Origin: Acidimicrobiales bacterium
GTDB lineage: Bacteria; Actinomycetota; Acidimicrobiia; Acidimicrobiales; SZUA-35
Assembly: GCA_041394285.1 (NCBI GenBank)
Contig: JAWKIL010000026.1
Span: forward strand, 1,763 to 65,762
Length of the DNA stretch: 64,000 bases
Direction of reading: 5' to 3'
Position 1 is the first letter of the stretch, and each line of letters starts with the position of its first letter. The notes beneath the pieces are model-generated. The model did not search any database and was not told the DNA's origin. It saw nothing but the letters and a program-made list of their open reading frames with translations. Position numbers and translations under genes: made by a program. Positions 44,992-53,569 of the stretch are shown here, one piece after another.

Positions 44992-45852
44992 ATGGCGTCC
45001 CTGCACCCCGACCAGGGGATTCCCCCCACGGGCCCGCTGCCCGGTGCGCCGGTGCGCCCCGTATCGGGCCTGCTGCCGCCGCCCGACCCCGACCGTCCGG
45101 CGTCGAGGGTCTTCGGTGAGGACCCGATCCTGTACGACCGCTTCCGGCCCGGCTATCCCCGGGACCTGATGGAGACCGTGGTGTCGGGCACCGGCCGGGG
45201 CCCGGTGCTGGAGATCGGCGCCGGAACCGGCAAGGCCACGCGGGCCCTGCTGGCCTTGGGCCGCCCGGTCTACGCCCTGGAGCCCGACCCCCGGATGGCG
45301 TCGGTGCTCGAGCTGAACTGCGGGCACGACAACGTATCGGTGGTGCGGGCCTCGTTGGAGGAGGCCAACCTGCCGGCGGAGGCGTTCCGGCTGGCGGTGG
45401 CGGCCCAGACCTGGCACTGGGTTGACCCGTCCTCCGCCTACGCTCGGGTGGCCGACGCCCTGGGCGACGAGGGCCGCCTCGCCCTCCTGTGGCACCATCC
45501 GCTCGACGATCAGGGGATGCTGGGCGAGGCCATGGAGCGCCTCTACGCGAGCCTCGCCCCGGGCATCGGGGCGATCTGGCCCGGCATGGAGGCCCGAGAC
45601 TTCGATCCGCCCCGGGATCACGTGGGTGCCGCCAGCCGGTTCCGGGGCTGGACGTACCACGAGCACCGGTGGGAGCGCCGGCTCGACGCGGTGGGGCTGG
45701 TGGGTTGGCTCTGTTCCAGCTCGGCCCACCGCCTGCTCCCGGTGCCGGACCGGGTGGAGCTGATGACGGCGGTGGCCGCCCTGGTGCAGGAGCTGGGGGG
45801 CGAGGTGACGGTGGGAATGCGCACCGTGGCCCATATCGGTCTCCGGGTCTGA
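44992..45852 (+). CDS. Class I SAM-dependent methyltransferase
   Basis: SAM motif VLEIGAGTGKATRAL. ATG start at MASLHPDQG; the listed 44959 start is also possible. Confidence 0.75.
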   Translation: MASLHPDQGIPPTGPLPGAPVRPVSGLLPPPDPDRPASRVFGEDPILYDRFRPGYPRDLMETVVSGTGRGPVLEIGAGTGKATRALLALGRPVYALEPDPRMASVLELNCGHDNVSVVRASLEEANLPAEAFRLAVAAQTWHWVDPSSAYARVADALGDEGRLALLWHHPLDDQGMLGEAMERLYASLAPGIGAIWPGMEARDFDPPRDHVGAASRFRGWTYHEHRWERRLDAVGLVGWLCSSSAHRLLPVPDRVELMTAVAALVQELGGEVTVGMRTVAHIGLRV

Positions 45853-46082
45853 GCCTCGGGCCCGTTTTCGCTCAGGCCGGCGTCGGGGGCGCCGATACGG
45901 GTGAGGTGAGCAGCCACTTCCGCGCCAACTCGATCGTGCCCCGCTACCGCCGGGTGGGCCTGCGCATGAGCTGCGCCCTCTGCGAGGTGGCCTGGACCGG
46001 TGCGGTCGATTCCCCCTGCTGGGTCTGCGGCGGCCCCGGCACCCCCGGCCCCCCTCCCTCCATCTATCCCGATATTGACTGA

Positions 46083-46242
46083 GTGTCCCCTTCGGGGACC
46101 TGGAGTTTCGCTTCGCGGAAACTCCCTGGGTGTCCCCTTCGGGGACCTGGAGTTTCGCTTCGCGGAAACTCCCTGGGTGTCCCCTTCGGGGACCTGGAGT
46201 TTCGCTTCGCGGAAACTCAGTGCGTGTCCCCTTCGGGGATCC
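46083..46242. repeat. 47-bp x 3.4 tandem repeat; each unit carries two strong hairpins
   Basis: The unit gtgtccccttcggggacctggagtttcgcttcgcggaaactccctgg starts at 46083, 46130 and 46177, with a partial copy at 46224. Hairpins are gtcccc-ttcg-ggggac and ggagtttc...gaaactcc. The last copies contain the crotonase stop codon. Confidence 0.9.
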
Positions 46243-47017
46243 AGGACGGGTCGCGGCGCTCGTTGAAGGCGGCGATGCCTTCGCTCGCCTCCTCGGACTG
46301 GAACAGCTCGCGGGACCGCAGGGAGGTCCAGGCGAACCCGTCGGACCGGTTGAGGTTCGGCACCCGCCGGATCAGGTCCTTCGATGCAGCCAGGGCGATC
46401 GGCCCGCCCCGCACCACCATCGACACGTAGGCGTTCACCGCGTCGTCGAGCTCGTCGGCCGGCACCGCCCTGTTGATGAGGCCCACCTCGGCCGCCCGGG
46501 CCGGGACGATCCGGTCTCCGGTGAGGAACAGCTCGCTGGCGTCGGCCCGCCGCAACTTGGGCAGGCACACCACCGAGATCACGGCCGGCGCCACCCCGAT
46601 GCGCACCTCGGTGAAGCCGATCTTGGCGTCGTCGCGCATCACCGACAGGTCGCACGACGCCACCAGGCCCACGCCGCCGGCCATGGCGTGGCCGTCGATG
46701 CGGCCGATCACCGGCTTGGGCGAGTCGAGGATCTGGTTCATGACGTCGAGGAACGTGCGCTGCGGCGTGGTCGGTGACACCCCCGGCGTGGCTGCCTTGA
46801 GATCGGCTCCGGCGCAGAACGTGTTGCCGGTGTTGGTGAGCACGATGGCCCGTACCCCGTCGTCGGCCTGGGCCCGGTCGAGGTTCCGGCTGAGGCTGTC
46901 GACCAGCAACTCGTTCAGGGCGTTCTTGCGTTCCGGCATGTTCAGCGTGATCGTGGCGACGCCGCCGGCAACGGCGTACAGCGTCGGCTCGGTGCCCGGT
47001 TCCTGAGGGTTCGACAT
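46217..47017 (-). CDS. Enoyl-CoA hydratase/isomerase (crotonase) family protein
   Basis: Starts at MSNPQEPGT. ITLNMPERKNAL, FCAGADL and GHAMAGGVGLVASCD are present. The upstream part of the listed 423-aa ORF is run-on. Confidence 0.85.
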   Translation of the reverse strand: MSNPQEPGTEPTLYAVAGGVATITLNMPERKNALNELLVDSLSRNLDRAQADDGVRAIVLTNTGNTFCAGADLKAATPGVSPTTPQRTFLDVMNQILDSPKPVIGRIDGHAMAGGVGLVASCDLSVMRDDAKIGFTEVRIGVAPAVISVVCLPKLRRADASELFLTGDRIVPARAAEVGLINRAVPADELDDAVNAYVSMVVRGGPIALAASKDLIRRVPNLNRSDGFAWTSLRSRELFQSEEASEGIAAFNERRDPSWIPEGDTH

Positions 47018-47083
47018 GGGCCACAGCATGGCGGACGACCAGCCCCTTCGGCCACTGTGGCCCGTGCCGGTAGCCTCCCGGGC

Positions 47084-47506
47084 ATGGCTTCGATCTTCTC
47101 CCGAATCATCGCCGGCGAGATCCCGGGACGCATCGTGTGGGACGACGACACGTGTGTCGTCATGGTGGACATCCGGCCCCTCCACCCCGGACACTGCCTG
47201 GTGATCCCCAAGGCCGAGGTCGACCACTGGGTGGATCTCGACGAGGCCACCGCCACCCACCTCATGGCCGTGGCCCGCCACGTGGGCCGGGCCCAGCAGG
47301 CGGCCTTTCCCTGCGAGCGGATCGGCATGGTGGTGGCCGGCTACGAGGTGCCCCACACCCACATCCATGTGATGCCCACCGACTCGATGGCCGACTTCGA
47401 CTTCCGCAACGCCGACCCCTCGGCCCGGGCCGACGCCCTCGACGAGGTGGCCGAGCGCCTTCGCTCGGCGCTGCGGGCCCAGGGCCACGGGGCCGTGGTG
47501 CGATAG
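47084..47506 (+). CDS. HIT (histidine triad) family protein
   Basis: MASIFSRIIAGEIPGRIVW and the histidine triad HTHIHVMP. Confidence 0.85.
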   Translation: MASIFSRIIAGEIPGRIVWDDDTCVVMVDIRPLHPGHCLVIPKAEVDHWVDLDEATATHLMAVARHVGRAQQAAFPCERIGMVVAGYEVPHTHIHVMPTDSMADFDFRNADPSARADALDEVAERLRSALRAQGHGAVVR

Positions 47507-47527
47507 GGGAGCGGGGCCCCGCCGCCC

Positions 47528-48325
47528 TCAGCGCTCGAACCGCTGGGCCACCAGGGGATAGTCGAACACGATGTCGTCGCCCTGGCGGCGGGCGTCGACG
47601 CCGAGGCCGTGGCCGCCGACCGAGGCTTCGAACCGGGCCCGGACCCCGTCGTGGTCGGGCCCGTGGGAGTTGGCCAGCACAGCGTCGAGGCTGGCCGTGA
47701 CCCGGTAGGGCACCACCTCGGTCAACCGCCAGCCCCGGCCGGTGAACAGGGCCTGCTGCTCGCCCGCCGTGAGATTCCGCACGTGTGACGGGTCGCGCCG
47801 GCGTTCCGCCTCGTCGTAGGCGGCGGCCGCCTCCCGATCCTCGGTGGCGGCGAAGTCGACGATGACCAGGCGCCCCCCGGGCGCCGCCACCCGCCCCAGC
47901 TCGGCCGCCACCCGGTCGGGCTCGGCCGCGTGGTGGAGGGCATAGCGGTTCACCACCACGTCGAAGGCCCCGCGGGGGAACGGGAGCCGGTCCATTCGGC
48001 CCAGACAGAAGGCGGTGGTGGCCTCGTGGCCGGCGGCCCCGGCCCTCCCGGCGGCCAGCCGGAGCATGGCCGGGGTCAGATCCACGCCGGTCACGGCCGC
48101 CCCGTCGGCGGCCAGCCGGCAGGTCACGATGCCGGGGCCGCAGGCCACGTCGACCACCCGGTCGCCGGCACCGGCGGCGGCCAGACCGGCCAGCACGTCG
48201 AGCGCCCGCTCGTCGTTCACCACGGTCGCCCGGGCGAACGCCTCGGCGTGCACCGTGAACTGGGCCACCGCCTCCCGCTCGATCCGCTCCGCCTCGCTTG
48301 CTGGCTGCCCCCCGGTGACCGTCAT
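47528..48325 (-). CDS. Class I SAM-dependent methyltransferase (Methyltransf_11 / UbiE-like)
   Basis: 265 aa with VVDVACGPGIVT and APGGRLVIVDF. Confidence 0.8.
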   Translation of the reverse strand: MTVTGGQPASEAERIEREAVAQFTVHAEAFARATVVNDERALDVLAGLAAAGAGDRVVDVACGPGIVTCRLAADGAAVTGVDLTPAMLRLAAGRAGAAGHEATTAFCLGRMDRLPFPRGAFDVVVNRYALHHAAEPDRVAAELGRVAAPGGRLVIVDFAATEDREAAAAYDEAERRRDPSHVRNLTAGEQQALFTGRGWRLTEVVPYRVTASLDAVLANSHGPDHDGVRARFEASVGGHGLGVDARRQGDDIVFDYPLVAQRFER

Positions 48326-48372
48326 GGGTCCGTTCTACACCTCGGGCTGTCGGGCGCCGATACCGGGGGCAG

Positions 48373-50130
48373 ATGTTGAGGGTCATGTCGCTGCGGGTGC
48401 GCCTGCTGCTGGCCGTGCTGGTGCCGGTGGCGGCCCTGATCACGGTGGTGGGGTACGAGGCGGTGGCGCGCGCCGCGGTGGCGGCCGACGCCCGCTCCGA
48501 GCTGGCCCGCACCGAAGCCCTCGAACGGCTGGCCACCGCCCAGTCGCTGAACGTGCTGCCCGAACCGGCGACGGTGGCGGCCGACATCAGGGGGATGGGG
48601 GTCGGCGTCGACCCGCTCTACCAGCTCGTGCTCGACGGCTACTGGCGGACGTTCACGCTCGACTACCAGGCCGCCGACGACGCCCGACGCCAGATGGACG
48701 GCCCGGCCCGGGCGGTCATGGGCCAGGCGGCCTGGGACGCCTTCGAACGCCAGCGGGCGGCGGTGGAGGAGCTGGTGGGGGCGGTCGACGGCGGGATGGT
48801 GGACCCGGCGCTCGTGGCCGCAGCCGAAGCTGCCCGTCGCGACGCCGATCTGAGCCTGGCCGATCTGGCCCAGGCCTCGTCGTCCGACGCCTGGATCACC
48901 TACATGAGCTCGATCGACGCCATGCGGGCCGGGCAGGTGGAGTTCGCCCACCTGTTCCCCACTCTGGCCGGCCTCCCGGTGGCCACCGCCGACCAGCTGG
49001 CGCAACTGTCGGGGGAACGGGCCAACGCCACCGAGCGGGTGGTGCTCGGCCTGCGCGCCGATCTGCGGACCCAGGTGGCCGACGTGCTGGCCTCCGACGA
49101 CAACGTCCGGTGGACCGAGGCCGTGGCCCGGGGCCAGGACATCGCCGCCGGGCGGGCCCAGCCGATGGAGCTGGGCGAGCTGACGGACCTGATGGGGCGG
49201 GCCCTCAACCTGCAGCAGCGCATCATGGATATCGCATCCCAGGCGCTGGCCCAGGTTCGGGCCGAGCTGGCCGCCACCGCCGCCAGCGCCGAGGGGTCGC
49301 GCCGTCAACTGCTCGCCTTCGGCGGCGGCTTCACCCTGCTGGCCCTCGCCCTCACCGGCTGGATCCTGCGGTCGATCACCGGGCCCCTGCGCCGCCTGAC
49401 CGAACGGGTGGCGGCCGTGGCCAGCGGGGAGATCGAGGGCGACCGGGTGACGATCGGCGGCCACGACGAGCTGGCCCGCCTGGGGGCCACGATCGAGGAC
49501 GTCGCCGACGGGCTCCGCCACCTGGAGCGCCAGATCATGGCCATGACGGCCGGTGACCTCGACGATCCCAGCCTCCGGATGGCGGCCCCCGGCCCGGTGG
49601 GCGCCTTCGTGCAGCAACGGGTGGACGACCTGCGCCTGGCCAGCGGCCGGCTGCGGGTGGCGGCCTCGTCGGACCCGCTCACCGGCCTCCTCAACCGCCG
49701 GGCCCTCACCGAGGCCGTCCTCGGCCGGGGGCCGCGCTCCGGGGATCTGGGGGTGCTCTACCTCGACCTCGACCGGTTCAAAGCGGTGAACGACCGGCAC
49801 GGCCACCACCACGGCGACGCCGTGCTCCAGGCGGTGGCGGCCCGGCTCAGCCGCCTGGTGCGGGAGGGTGACCTGGTGGCCCGGATCGGGGGCGACGAGT
49901 TCATCGTGGTGGTGGCGGGCATGAACGCCGACGCCGTGGCCGTGCTGACGAGCCGGATCGAGCTGGCGGTGACCGAGCCGATCTCCGTCGACGGTGTCCG
50001 GCACCGGGTCGGGTGCTCGATCGGGCTGTCGTGGTTGGGCCCGGCCGACGATCTGGCGGCGGCGCTGGAACAGGCCGACCGTCGGATGCTGGAGACGAAG
50101 TCCGACCGGCAGCGCAGGCACCGCCGCTGA
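48373..50130 (+). CDS. Membrane-bound diguanylate cyclase (N-terminal sensor region, TM, HAMP, GGDEF)
   Basis: 585 aa. HAMP-like ITGPLRRLTERVAAVASGE. The GGDEF domain has an intact active site (RIGGDEF) and an RxxD I-site (REGD) five residues upstream. Confidence 0.85.
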   Translation: MLRVMSLRVRLLLAVLVPVAALITVVGYEAVARAAVAADARSELARTEALERLATAQSLNVLPEPATVAADIRGMGVGVDPLYQLVLDGYWRTFTLDYQAADDARRQMDGPARAVMGQAAWDAFERQRAAVEELVGAVDGGMVDPALVAAAEAARRDADLSLADLAQASSSDAWITYMSSIDAMRAGQVEFAHLFPTLAGLPVATADQLAQLSGERANATERVVLGLRADLRTQVADVLASDDNVRWTEAVARGQDIAAGRAQPMELGELTDLMGRALNLQQRIMDIASQALAQVRAELAATAASAEGSRRQLLAFGGGFTLLALALTGWILRSITGPLRRLTERVAAVASGEIEGDRVTIGGHDELARLGATIEDVADGLRHLERQIMAMTAGDLDDPSLRMAAPGPVGAFVQQRVDDLRLASGRLRVAASSDPLTGLLNRRALTEAVLGRGPRSGDLGVLYLDLDRFKAVNDRHGHHHGDAVLQAVAARLSRLVREGDLVARIGGDEFIVVVAGMNADAVAVLTSRIELAVTEPISVDGVRHRVGCSIGLSWLGPADDLAAALEQADRRMLETKSDRQRRHRR

Positions 50131-50213
50131 GCCGAACGGGCCCGGTCCCGGTCCATCGGTGGCGGGGCGGCGCCTCTACGCTGGGCCGGAGACGACCCCC
50201 CAGGAGGCGGCCC

Positions 50214-50456
50214 ATGCCCGAGACCACCGTCGAACGCCCGGCGGCAACGCCACCGGCGGGCCCGGCGCTTCCCCTCTGGCGGCGGGGACCGGTGGTCGTG
50301 GCCTTCTCCATGATCATGGTGTTCGTGTGCATGGCGGCCCTCCTCATCTGGCAGGCGAGCCACAGCGACTGGCGGCGCCAGCTTCCCCCGGTCGACGGGG
50401 TGACGGTCACCACCACCGCCTCACCCGCCGGCGCCGGCGAGGTCACCCGGCCGTGA
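50214..50456 (+). CDS. Small single-TM hypothetical protein
   Basis: 80 aa, MPETTVERP...VVVAFSMIMVFVCMAALLIWQ. Its stop overlaps the GTG of the next gene (GTGA). Confidence 0.4.
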   Translation: MPETTVERPAATPPAGPALPLWRRGPVVVAFSMIMVFVCMAALLIWQASHSDWRRQLPPVDGVTVTTTASPAGAGEVTRP

Positions 50457-51215
50457 TCGCCCCGGCCCTGCGGGGCCGGTTCGCCGGCCCGGCCGGCGAG
50501 CAGCTCCACGGCTGGTGGAGCGTGCCGGTGACCGCCAGCGGCATCGTGGTGCCCGACGGGGCCATCGACGTGATGTGGGCACCCGGTCGCCGGCCCTGGC
50601 TGGCCGGGCCCGATTCCCGGCCCCACCCGGTGTCGCTGGCCGCTGCCGGCTCGATGGTGGTCGGCGCACGCCTCCGGCCCGGGTTGGCGCCGGCCCTGCT
50701 CGGCGCCCCGGCCACTGCGGCCACCGACACCCTGCTGCCGCTGTCCGACCTGTGGCCGGCAGCCGTCGTCCGCCGGCTCGACGAGGAACTGGAGGGGCCG
50801 ACGGGCCGGCCGGGGCGGCGCTGGCTCTGGCCCGGGCTGTGGTGACCGTGGCCGGGGCCGACCGGCGCCCCGACCCGGTGGTGACGGCGGCCGTCACCCA
50901 GCTGGAGCGGGGCGGTAGCACCCGAGGGCTGGGCCTGGGGCCCCGCCAGCTCCGACGCCGGTTCGGAGCGGCCATGGGTTACGGCCCGGCTTTCTACGGG
51001 CGGATCGCCCGCCTCGACCGCTTCAGCCGGCTGGTTGCCGTCTCCCCCTCCGGTGTCCCGCTGGCCCAACTGGCGGCGGCCGCCGGCTACTACGACGAGG
51101 CCCACCTGTGGCGGACTGCGTCGCCCTCACCGGCACACCCCGGCCCGGTACCGGGCGGCGAAGACCGGATGACCGTTCCGTCCAATTCGGACCCAGGAGG
51201 CTGTTGCACACTGGG
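50453..51215 (+). pseudogene. AraC-type regulator (DUF6597-like N-terminal domain plus HTH) broken by at least two 1-nt frame shifts
   Basis: The N-terminal part is in frame 2 (VIAPALRGRF...VVPDGAIDVMW...RLDEELEG). The middle is in frame 1 (ADGPAGAALALARAVV...LGLGPRQLRRRFGAAMGYGP...LAAAAGYYDEAHLWR). The end is in frame 0 (ADCVALTGTP). Junctions lie near 50,795 and 51,108. The 3' end is uncertain. Confidence 0.55.
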
Positions 51216-51218
51216 TCG

Positions 51219-51633
51219 ATGGAGATCCTTTTCGTAGCCGGCGTGGCCCCCATCGAGCCCGAGCCGGCCGCCGGCAAGCACTTCTACCGGGACATCCTCG
51301 GCCTCCCGTTGGCCGACGTGACCGACGACTACATCGCCGTCGACGGGTTCGGGGGGACGCGGCACCTCGGGGTCTGGCCCCTGGCCGATGCGGCCCGGTC
51401 CTGCTTCGGCACCGACACCTGGCCCTCCGACGTGCCCGTGCCCCAAGCCACGATCGAGCTGGAGGTGGGACGAGGTGGCGGTGGCGGCCGCCGCCACGGA
51501 GCTGGAGGCGGCCGGCCACCGGCTCCTCCACGGCGCCCGGACCGAGCCCTGGGGCCAGACGCTGGCCCGGCTGCTGGGCCCCGAGGGGCTGCTGATCGGT
51601 GTGTGCCACACACCCTGGCTGCACGAGGCCTGA
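51219..51633 (+). pseudogene. VOC/glyoxalase family protein split over two frames
   Basis: MEILFVAGVAPIEP...FYRDILGLPL...ATIELEV is in one frame, and DEVAVAAAATELEAAGHRLLHGARTEPWGQ...LIGVCHTPWLHEA is in another. The junction lies near 51,465. Confidence 0.55.
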
Positions 51634-51690
51634 GCCTCCCCCGGCCGGGAGGGGCTCAAGCCGGGCCGACTGCGGCCGACGGGTGCGCTC

Positions 51691-53502
51691 ATGACGCATC
51701 GCGTGCCTCTCCGGAGCCTGCAGGGTCGGCTCGTAGCCGCCTTCCTCGTGATCGGGCTGGCGCCCGTGGTGGTGGTGGGCTGGCTCGCCGTGGGCCAGGC
51801 CCGCCAGACCCTGGTCGATGCCGCCGGCGAGCGAATGCAGGTGGCGGCGGCCAACGCCGGCGACACCATCGATCGCAACCTGTTCGAGCGTTACGGCGAT
51901 GTCCAGGCCTTCGCCGCCAACCCCAAGGCCCGGGGCACGGGGGCCGAGGCCACCGAGATGGCCGACTTCTTCACCCACACCTACACCATCTACGACCTCA
52001 TGCTGGTGGTCGGCCTGGACGGCCGGATCAAGGCTGCCAACACCGTCGATCACACCGGGATGCCCGTGCCCACCGCCCGGCTGGTGGGGACCGACGTGTC
52101 GGACCAGGCCTGGTTCCAGACGGTGGCCGGGGGCGGCACCCCCGAAGGGGGCACCTTGTACAGCAGCGCCGAGCGGAATCCCCTGGTGAACGCCGTCTAC
52201 GGTGACGATCGGATCACGCTGCCCTTCACCGCTCCCATCTTCGACCCCGACGGGAAGATGGTGGGCATCTGGCACAATGACGCCTCGTTCGATCGCATCG
52301 TGGGCGAGATCATGTCGGGCACCCGCGACGACCTCCTGCGCAGCGGTGTCAGCTCGGTCCAGACGAAGTGCTGCTCGACGCCGACGGCGTCGTGCTCGCC
52401 TCGTCCGAGGGTGGCAGCCCCCTGCAGGACAACCTGATCGACGCCGGCGCCGGGCGGCGGCCCGGGCGGTGGAGACCGACGCCGCCGGCTACCTGCAGGC
52501 CCGGGACGCCAGCGGTGCCATGGTGCTCGACGGTTACGCCCACGCCGACGGGGGCGCTCGGTCGCCGGCTACGGCTGGGGAGTGGTGGTGAGCCAGGACC
52601 GGGCGGCGGCCGCCGCCGGCGCCGATGGCCTCCGCAACCTCGTCGTGGCCGTGACGGCGGCCGGCGCCATGATCATCCTCTTCGTCGCCCTGTGGCTGGC
52701 CCGCAGCGTGTCCAGCCCCATCCGGCGGGTGGCGGAGCGGGCCCGCAACGCGGCGGCGGAGCTGGCGGACGTGGCCGAGACGATGAACCAGAGCGCCGAG
52801 CGCACCTCCGACCGGGCCAACGCCACGTCGACCGTGGGGGCCGAGGTGTCGTCGAGCGTGTCGACGGTGGCCGCGGCGACGGTGGAGCTCGACGCCTCGT
52901 TCCGCCACGTGGCCGAGGTGGCGGTGGAAGCGTCGTCGATCGCCACCGAAGCGGTTGACGCCGCCCGGGCCTCCTCGACCTCGGTGTCCCGCCTGGGCGA
53001 CTCGAGCGGCGAGATAGGCGAGGTGATCGGCGTGATCCGCTCGGTGGCCCAGCAGACCAACCTGCTGGCCCTGAACGCCACGATCGAGGCGGCCCGGGCC
53101 GGTGAAGCCGGCCGGGGGTTCGCCGTTGTGGCCAACGAGGTGAAGGAGCTGGCCCAGCGCACGGCCCAGGCGACCGAGGCCATCTCCGAGCAGATCGACA
53201 CGATCCGCAGCGACGCCGGGAACGTGGTCGACGCCAACAGCCGCATCAGCGAGACGATCGACCGGATCCAGGAGATCTCCGGCACGATCGCCTCGGCCGT
53301 TGAGCAGCAGACGGTGGCCACGGCTGAGATCAGCCGGAGCGTGTCCCACGCCGCCGACGGCACCGGCGACATCGCCCGCAGCATGGCCGACGTGGCCGTC
53401 GCCGCCGACGAGACCCGCGACGCCGTGGGCGTCACCATGGCATCGGCGGCCGAGATCGCCACCATGGCCGACGACCTGTTGGCCGTGGTGTCGGGCCGGT
53501 AG
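51691..53502 (+). pseudogene. Methyl-accepting chemotaxis protein (TM, Cache-like sensor, TM, signalling domain) interrupted by about three 1-nt frame shifts
   Basis: The four pieces run as follows. Frame 1 (51691-): N-terminal TM plus Cache-like region. Frame 0: [29 protein letters not shown]. Frame 2: [34 protein letters not shown]. Frame 1 again: [11 protein letters not shown], a TM helix, then the canonical signalling core [40 protein letters not shown]. Confidence 0.7.
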
Positions 53503-53569
53503 CGCGGGGCGGGGGCGCCGCCCCTGAACGCCGCCGGGCTGGTGGCCCCGGACCGGTTGTGAGCCTGGC

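Noticed and set aside
46083-46242. CRISPR array
   Set aside because: The 47-bp units are contiguous with no unique spacers. The same holds for the 32-bp array at 21646 and the G-rich array at 8591. No cas genes occur in the window.
46083-46777. ORFs 46083..46430 and 46130..46777 (MSPSGTWSFASRKLPGCPLRGPG...)
   Set aside because: Their N-termini are just translations of the tandem repeat, and the remainder is antisense to the crotonase gene.
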